DNA of 64,000 nucleotides from an uncultured Prevotellaceae bacterium (GTDB taxonomy: Bacteria; Bacteroidota; Bacteroidia; Bacteroidales; Bacteroidaceae). Below the pieces are notes generated by a model, which was not told the origin of the DNA, searched no databases, and worked only from the letters and a program-made list of their open reading frames with translations. Within the stretch, counting starts at the first letter, position 1, and every line of letters begins with the position of its first letter. Location: assembly GCA_945831805.1 (NCBI GenBank), contig CAMADY010000001.1, forward strand, positions 5,529-69,528, read 5' to 3'. Position numbers and translations under genes: made by a program. Positions 58,212-64,000 of the stretch are shown here, piece after piece.

Positions 58212-60464
58212 ATGTTATCATTTACAGACATAGAGAAAAAGAAGATAGTGGAACTCGTTGACAGTCTCCGCAATCTTGTTGGGGCGACGCTACTTCCCGA
58301 TGATGAGGAGAAGTTGCGTCGTCTTATTTATGACGCTATGGAGAAGGGAGTGATGGAGCGTGACGTCTTTGGACTCAATCCGCTGCTAATGTCACTCCAG
58401 ACTGCATATATAGCGGTGGAAGAGATAGGGTTGAGGCGTGACGGCCTGATGGCTACCATCATCTATCCGCTCATCAGCAAGAGTAAAGAGGCTGATGGAG
58501 GGGAAGGACTTGCCATGGATACTGTCGAGCAACTCTTCGGACCAGGTGTCTCTGCTATCCTTCGTGGACTGCTAAGGGTTCAGGAACTGTATAGGAGAAC
58601 GCCTGTCATAGAGTCGGAGAATTTCAGGAATCTACTGCTTTCGTTCGCAGAGGATATGAGGGTGATACTCATCATGATAGCAGACCGTGTGAACGTGATG
58701 AGGGAAATCCGTGATACGGAGAATATGGAGATGCAGCGACGTGTGGCAGAGGAGGCAAGCTATCTCTATGCACCTCTGGCGCACAAGCTCGGACTCTACA
58801 TGCTTAAGAGTGAGCTTGAGGATCTCTCGCTGAAGTATCTGGAGCATGATGCATATTATATGATCAAGGAGAAACTCTCGGCAACGAAGAGGGTTCGCGA
58901 CAGGTACATCCAGGACTTTATAGGTCCTATTCGCGAGAAGCTGGAGGCTGTGGGCCTGAAGTTCCACATGAAGGGACGCACGAAATCCATACACTCCATC
59001 TGGCAGAAGATGAAGAAACAGAAGTGTGGCTTCGAAGGTGTCTATGACCTCTTTGCCATACGTATCATCCTGGAGTCTGAACCTCAGAATGAGAAGATGG
59101 AGTGCTGGCAGGTGTATTCCATCATCACGGATATGTATCAGCCGAACCCGAAAAGACTTCGTGACTGGCTCTCCGTTCCGAAGAGTAATGGCTATGAGTC
59201 GCTACATATCACGGTGCTTGGGCCGGAGAATAAATGGGTGGAGGTGCAGATACGCACCGAGCGCATGGACGAAGTGGCTGAGAAAGGCCTTGCGGCGCAC
59301 TGGCGTTACAAGGGGGTGAAGGCTGGTGGCGGTATGGATGAGTGGCTCTCGGCAATCCGTTCTGCCCTGGAGGCTGGCGATGACATGCAGGTAATGGACC
59401 AGTTCCGTAAGGACTTATATGAGGACGAGGTGTACGTCTTCACTCCGAAAGGTGAGATAAAGAAATTCCCTGCTAATGCCACGGTGCTGGACTTCGCATA
59501 CCTCATACATTCTCGCATAGGAAACCAATGCGTGGGAGCTCGCGTGAACGGAAAGAACGTGACGATACGTGAGGAACTGCATTCGGGTGATACAGTGGAA
59601 ATTATCACCTCGGCATCACAGAAGCCAAAGCGCGATTGGCTGGGATGGGCTACCACCTCTCATGCTAAATCAAAGATACGCCATGCTCTATCAGAAGCAC
59701 AGGCTCAGGAGGGCATGTTCGCTAAAGAACTACTTGAACGAAGGTTCAAGAATAGGAAGATTGAAATCGACGAAAGTCTTATGCATCAGCTTATTAAGAA
59801 AATGGGCTATAAGGATGCGTCAGACTTCTTTATCGCTATTGCCAACGAGCAACTCGATGTCCTGACTGTAATTGATAAGTATCTTGAGATGCGCGACGGA
59901 ACGGCTGTGGTGAACGGAGTAGCGGTAGGACAGGACTCTGTTACACCACGTTCGGCTTCGGAATTTGTCATGAGGGACAATACGTCGGAGGGTGGCAATG
60001 ATTCAAAGCGTCTTTCGTCGGACGTCCTTGTGATAGACAAGAATATTAAAGGACTGGACTATCAGTTGGCAAAATGCTGTAACCCGATTTACGGTGACGA
60101 TGTCTTTGGCTTTGTGAGTGTTTCTGGTGGTATTAAGATTCATCGAAACGACTGCCCGAATGCTACCGACATGCGTCAGAGATATGGATACAGAATACTT
60201 AAGGCGCAATGGAGCGGAAAGGGTTCCGAACAGTATGACATCACATTGCAGGTGGTAGGAAACGATGATATCGGCATCGTCAACAACATCACTTCCGTTA
60301 TTTCAAAGGAGGAGCATATCTCTATCCGTGGCATCAATATAGACAGTCGCGACGGCTTGTTCAAGGGATCTATAACGGTAAAGGTCGATGACAATACGAA
60401 GCTTGAAAGCCTGATGAAAAAAATACGTGGTGTGAAAGGCGTGCGTCTTGTACAGCGTGTTTGA
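58212..60464 (+). CDS. relA: Long RelA/SpoT homolog with degenerate HD domain
   Basis: APLAHKLG, GRTKSIHS, GYESLH, EVQIRT, TGS (FTPKG..TVLDFAY), AKCCNP zinc finger and ACT domain; no HD motif. Confidence 0.9.
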   Translation: MLSFTDIEKKKIVELVDSLRNLVGATLLPDDEEKLRRLIYDAMEKGVMERDVFGLNPLLMSLQTAYIAVEEIGLRRDGLMATIIYPLISKSKEADGGEGLAMDTVEQLFGPGVSAILRGLLRVQELYRRTPVIESENFRNLLLSFAEDMRVILIMIADRVNVMREIRDTENMEMQRRVAEEASYLYAPLAHKLGLYMLKSELEDLSLKYLEHDAYYMIKEKLSATKRVRDRYIQDFIGPIREKLEAVGLKFHMKGRTKSIHSIWQKMKKQKCGFEGVYDLFAIRIILESEPQNEKMECWQVYSIITDMYQPNPKRLRDWLSVPKSNGYESLHITVLGPENKWVEVQIRTERMDEVAEKGLAAHWRYKGVKAGGGMDEWLSAIRSALEAGDDMQVMDQFRKDLYEDEVYVFTPKGEIKKFPANATVLDFAYLIHSRIGNQCVGARVNGKNVTIREELHSGDTVEIITSASQKPKRDWLGWATTSHAKSKIRHALSEAQAQEGMFAKELLERRFKNRKIEIDESLMHQLIKKMGYKDASDFFIAIANEQLDVLTVIDKYLEMRDGTAVVNGVAVGQDSVTPRSASEFVMRDNTSEGGNDSKRLSSDVLVIDKNIKGLDYQLAKCCNPIYGDDVFGFVSVSGGIKIHRNDCPNATDMRQRYGYRILKAQWSGKGSEQYDITLQVVGNDDIGIVNNITSVISKEEHISIRGINIDSRDGLFKGSITVKVDDNTKLESLMKKIRGVKGVRLVQRV

Positions 60465-60475
60465 TGGATTATAGG

Positions 60476-60528
60476 TGCGGAATGAGTTACAAAAGGATGA
60501 TTTTGCAACTCATTTCGCATTTTTTTTT
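60476..60528 (+). terminator. Intrinsic terminator after the RSH gene
   Basis: TGCGGAATGAGTTACAAAA...TTTTGCAACTCATTTCGCA stem followed by a T tract. Confidence 0.75.
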
Positions 60529-60577
60529 AATCCAACTGTGAAAAAAACTAAAAAAACAAAGTTTTTGTAAAGTCTGC

Positions 60578-60608
60578 TTTGCAAATTGAGGAATTTTATA
60601 TACCTTTG
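60578..60608 (+). promoter_or_regulatory. Primary-sigma promoter upstream of the AAA ATPase
   Basis: TTTG (60578-60581), 19 nt spacer, TACCTTTG (60601-60608). Confidence 0.7.
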
Positions 60609-60658
60609 TATCTGAAATGAAAAATAGTGGTAGTAACCACTTGCAAAATACCAAAGAA

Positions 60659-61843
60659 ATGGAAGAATTCTATCGCACTCATAGATACCTCGTCGAAAAC
60701 TTCAATGCACCTGTAAGGAGGGGATTGATGGATGAAGTGGATTGGAGTGCAAGAATGATAGGTATCAAAGGCACTCGTGGAGTCGGAAAGACAACGTTTC
60801 TGTTGCAATATGCCAAGGAACGCTTTGATGTCAATGATCACAGATGCCTCTATATCAACATGAATAACTTTTATTTTCAGGGAAGAGGTATTGCAGACTT
60901 TGCTGGAGATTTCTACAGACAGGGAGGTAGGGTGTTGCTCATAGACCAAGTCTATAAGCAGTTTGACTGGAGTAGGGAGCTGCGCAGATGTTATGACATG
61001 TATCCGAAGCTGAAGATTATCTTTGCTGGTTCGAGTGTCATGCGTCTGAAGAAAGAAAACCCTGAGCTGGGTGAAATAGTAAAGAGCTACAACCTCAGAG
61101 GATTCTCGTTCAGGGAATATCTGAATCTCCGTACCGGATTGGACTTCAGATTTGTCTCACTCGACGATGCGCTGAGAAACAGGGAGCATATCATTGACGA
61201 CATACTGTCAAAGGTTGATCCGATGCCGTATTTCCATGAATATGTGAAGCATGGATTCTATCCTATCTTCATGGAGCACGATGACTTCAAAGAGAATCTC
61301 CTCAAGTCAATGAATATGATGACCGAGGTTGATATTCTGATGATCAAACAGATAGAACTGAAGTATCTTACGAAGATCAAAAAGTTGTTCTACCTCCTCG
61401 CTACGGCAGGACCTGTAGCACCGAATATCAGCCATCTCGCTGAGGAGATACAGACAAGCCGCGCTACGGTGATGAACTACATCAAATACCTTGCTGATGC
61501 TAGACTCATAAACATCATTTACCCTGTAGGTCAGAAGTTCCCTAAGAAACCTACTAAGGTGATGCTGCATAATCCGAACCTCTATCAGGCTATTATACCG
61601 ATTGACTTCCATCAGCAGACTCAGATGGAGACCTTCTTTGTCAACACTATGTGGAAAGACCATAAGGTGAACCAGACTGGCAAGGAACAGTTCTATACCA
61701 TCGATGGAGAGAAGCATTTCAAGGTATGTACCGCAAGGGATATTCCGAGACTCGGTAGCAACGGTACCATCTATTGCCAGTATAGCGACAACTCGTATGG
61801 TCCAAAGACGATTCCGCTATGGCTTCTTGGATTTGTTTACTGA
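60659..61843 (+). CDS. AAA_14-type ATPase with winged-HTH-like region
   Basis: Walker A GTRGVGKTT, Walker B VLLIDQV, FAGSS, SFREYL and PNISHLAEEIQTSRATVMNYI; start either ATG 60659 or 60617. Confidence 0.85.
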   Translation: MEEFYRTHRYLVENFNAPVRRGLMDEVDWSARMIGIKGTRGVGKTTFLLQYAKERFDVNDHRCLYINMNNFYFQGRGIADFAGDFYRQGGRVLLIDQVYKQFDWSRELRRCYDMYPKLKIIFAGSSVMRLKKENPELGEIVKSYNLRGFSFREYLNLRTGLDFRFVSLDDALRNREHIIDDILSKVDPMPYFHEYVKHGFYPIFMEHDDFKENLLKSMNMMTEVDILMIKQIELKYLTKIKKLFYLLATAGPVAPNISHLAEEIQTSRATVMNYIKYLADARLINIIYPVGQKFPKKPTKVMLHNPNLYQAIIPIDFHQQTQMETFFVNTMWKDHKVNQTGKEQFYTIDGEKHFKVCTARDIPRLGSNGTIYCQYSDNSYGPKTIPLWLLGFVY

Positions 61844-61980
61844 TGACGAAACTATAAAAACAACGTGATGCTCATCCTTTATAATAATATAAGGTGTAGT
61901 GTCTGTACGAAAAGAAAACTAACAAATAAGGAAAAACTAATATACTTATTATATTAACTTTATTATCTTAAATAACAAAA

Positions 61981-64000
61981 ATGGCTAAAGAAAAAAAGTT
62001 TATCACTTGTGATGGTAACGAGGCTGCTGCTCACGTAAGCTATATGTTTACTGAGGTTGCTGCTATCTACCCAATCACTCCATCATCTCCAATGGCGGAG
62101 CACACTGATGACTGGTCTGCACGTGGTCGTAAGAACATGTGGGGTCAGGAAGTTCTCGTACAGGAAATGCAGTCTGAGGGCGGTGCTGCGGGTGCAGTTC
62201 ACGGTTCTCTCCAGGCTGGTGCTCTGACAACGACCTACACTGCTTCTCAGGGTCTTCTCCTCATGATTCCTAACATGTACAAGATCGCTGGTGAGCTCCT
62301 TCCATGTGTATTCGACGTTTCTGCTCGTACACTCGCTTCACACGCTCTCTGTATCTTCGGTGATCACCAGGACGTAATGGCTTGTCGTCAGACAGGTTTC
62401 GCTATGTTCGCTTCTTCATCTGTACAGGAGGTAATGGACCTTACAGCCGTTCCTCACCTCGCTACTCTTGAGACAAAGGTACCATTCGTTAACTTCTTCG
62501 ATGGTTTCCGTACTTCTCACGAGTATCACAAGATTGAGGTAATGGACATGGAGGATATCAAGGCTATCACACCAATGGAGTTCGTTGAGGACTTCCGTAA
62601 CCGTGCACTCACTCCTGAGCGTCCTGTTACACGTGGTACTGCTGAGAACCCTAACGAGTTCTTCACACACCGTGAGGCTTGCAACACATACTATGACGCT
62701 ATTCCTGACGTAGTAGAGAAGTACTGTCAGAAGATGACAGAGATCACAGGTCGTGACTATCACTGCTTCAACTACTATGGTGCTGAGGACGCAGAGAACG
62801 TAATCATCCTTATGGGTTCTGCTTGTGAGGCTGCTAAGGAGGCTATCGACTACCTCCAGTCTCAGGGTAAGAAGGTTGGTATGATCAACGTTCACCTCTA
62901 TCGTCCATTCTCTGTTAAGTACCTCCTCGCTGCTATGCCTAAGACAGCTAAGAAGGTTGCTGTACTTGACCGTACTAAGGAGCCAGGTGCAGAGGGTGAG
63001 CCACTTTACCTCGACGTTAAGTCTGCATTCTACGATGTAGAGAATCGTCCAATGATCGTTGGTGGTCGTTATGGTCTCGGTTCTTCTGAGGTTACTCCAG
63101 CTAAGATCATCTCTGTATTCAACAACCTCGAGCTCCCACAGCCAAAGAACCACTTCACCGTTGGTATCGTTGATGACGTTACAAACCTCTCTCTCCCTGC
63201 AGTTGAGGAGATGGCTCTCGGTGGTGCTTCTATCCAGGAGTGTAAGTTCTTCGGTCTTGGTGCTGACGGTACTGTTGGTGCTAACAAGAACTCTGTAAAG
63301 ATCATCGGTGACAACACTGACAAGCACTGTCAGGCTTACTTCTCATACGACTCTAAGAAGTCTGGTGGCTTCACATGTTCTCACCTCCGTTTCGGTGACG
63401 AGCCAATCCGTTCTACATATCAGATCACGACACCTAACTTCGTAGCATGTCACGTTCAGGCTTACCTCAACATGTACGACGTTACACGTGGTATCCGTGA
63501 GAATGGTTCATTCCTCCTCAATACAATCTTCGAGGGCGAGGAGCTCGTTAACTTCATCCCTAACAACGTTAAGAAGGTATTCGCTGAGAAGAACATCAAG
63601 GTTTACTACATCAACGCTACAAAGATTGCTCAGGAGATCGGTCTTGGTAACCGTACCAACACTATCCTCCAGTCTGCATTCTTCCGTATCACAGAGGTAA
63701 TTCCTGTTGACCTCGCTGTAGAGCAGATGAAGAAGTTCATCGTTAAGTCTTACGGTAAGAAGGGTCAGGACGTTGTTGATAAGAACTACGCTGCTGTTGA
63801 TCGCGGTGGTGAGTACAAGCAGCTCGCTGTTGATCCAGCATGGGCTAACCTCCCAGCTGACGCTCCTAAGGAGGATGATGCTCCAGCATTCGTTAAGGAG
63901 CTCGTTCGTCCTATCAACGCACAGGCAGGTGACCTCCTTAAGGTTTCTGACTTCGTTAAGCACAACACTGTTGACGGTACTTGGATGAACGGTACTGCTG
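61981..64000 (+). CDS. nifJ: Pyruvate:ferredoxin (flavodoxin) oxidoreductase, 5' part (runs off window end)
   Basis: Hand translation from ATG 61981: MAKEKKFITCDGNEAAAH..AIYPITPSS..EMQSEGGAAG..TASQGLLLMIP; later GLGADGTVGANK and YDSKKSGG. Confidence 0.96.
   Translation, partial: MAKEKKFITCDGNEAAAHVSYMFTEVAAIYPITPSSPMAEHTDDWSARGRKNMWGQEVLVQEMQSEGGAAGAVHGSLQAGALTTTYTASQGLLLMIPNMYKIAGELLPCVFDVSARTLASHALCIFGDHQDVMACRQTGFAMFASSSVQEVMDLTAVPHLATLETKVPFVNFFDGFRTSHEYHKIEVMDMEDIKAITPMEFVEDFRNRALTPERPVTRGTAENPNEFFTHREACNTYYDAIPDVVEKYCQKMTEITGRDYHCFNYYGAEDAENVIILMGSACEAAKEAIDYLQSQGKKVGMINVHLYRPFSVKYLLAAMPKTAKKVAVLDRTKEPGAEGEPLYLDVKSAFYDVENRPMIVGGRYGLGSSEVTPAKIISVFNNLELPQPKNHFTVGIVDDVTNLSLPAVEEMALGGASIQECKFFGLGADGTVGANKNSVKIIGDNTDKHCQAYFSYDSKKSGGFTCSHLRFGDEPIRSTYQITTPNFVACHVQAYLNMYDVTRGIRENGSFLLNTIFEGEELVNFIPNNVKKVFAEKNIKVYYINATKIAQEIGLGNRTNTILQSAFFRITEVIPVDLAVEQMKKFIVKSYGKKGQDVVDKNYAAVDRGGEYKQLAVDPAWANLPADAPKEDDAPAFVKELVRPINAQAGDLLKVSDFVKHNTVDGTWMNGTA

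Noticed and set aside
1-64000. tRNA, rRNA or other structured RNA genes
   Set aside because: None recognisable by eye in the intergenic regions; an Infernal/Rfam scan would be needed to exclude them.

Overview
Core-genome window from a Bacteroidales bacterium, most likely Prevotella-like (judged from gene content, TTTG-N19/20-TAnnTTTG promoters and AT-rich leaders). In order: a headless nuoA-B-CD-H-I-J-K-L-M' operon; a nucleotidyltransferase/GHMP-kinase fusion followed by a RelE/ParE-type TA pair; a cyclophilin; hisH-A-F-I-E, ftsE-like, lysC, lysA; two atypical glycosyltransferases; class III fbp; a GNAT; DUF4301; a TonB receptor/lipoprotein/beta-barrel triad; GT3 glycogen synthase and glgP; TPR, MltF-like, GSCFA, birA and pyrH; an acyl-CoA ligase / RsbW-like kinase / STAS / synthetase-only RelA-SpoT module in front of mutAB; recF and DUF721; AddAB-like genes; an MBL hydrolase; DUF1573; a long RSH; an AAA ATPase; and the 5' part of PFOR (nifJ). 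I found no rRNA, tRNA, CRISPR array, integrase or transposase. The best candidate for a new system is the apparent single operon at 41.3-49.0 kb, which joins a partner-switching pair lacking sigma factor and phosphatase to a stand-alone alarmone synthetase with a YxxxH->YxxxQ change, and to acyl-CoA metabolism. Other notable patterns: several families of 7-bp tandem arrays at gene junctions (they supply stop codons, sit at a hisI/hisE split and invade one CDS in frame), three short duplications of gene 3' ends, and two copies of a 22-bp-periodic palindromic element. All family assignments come from motif recognition by eye, not database searches.
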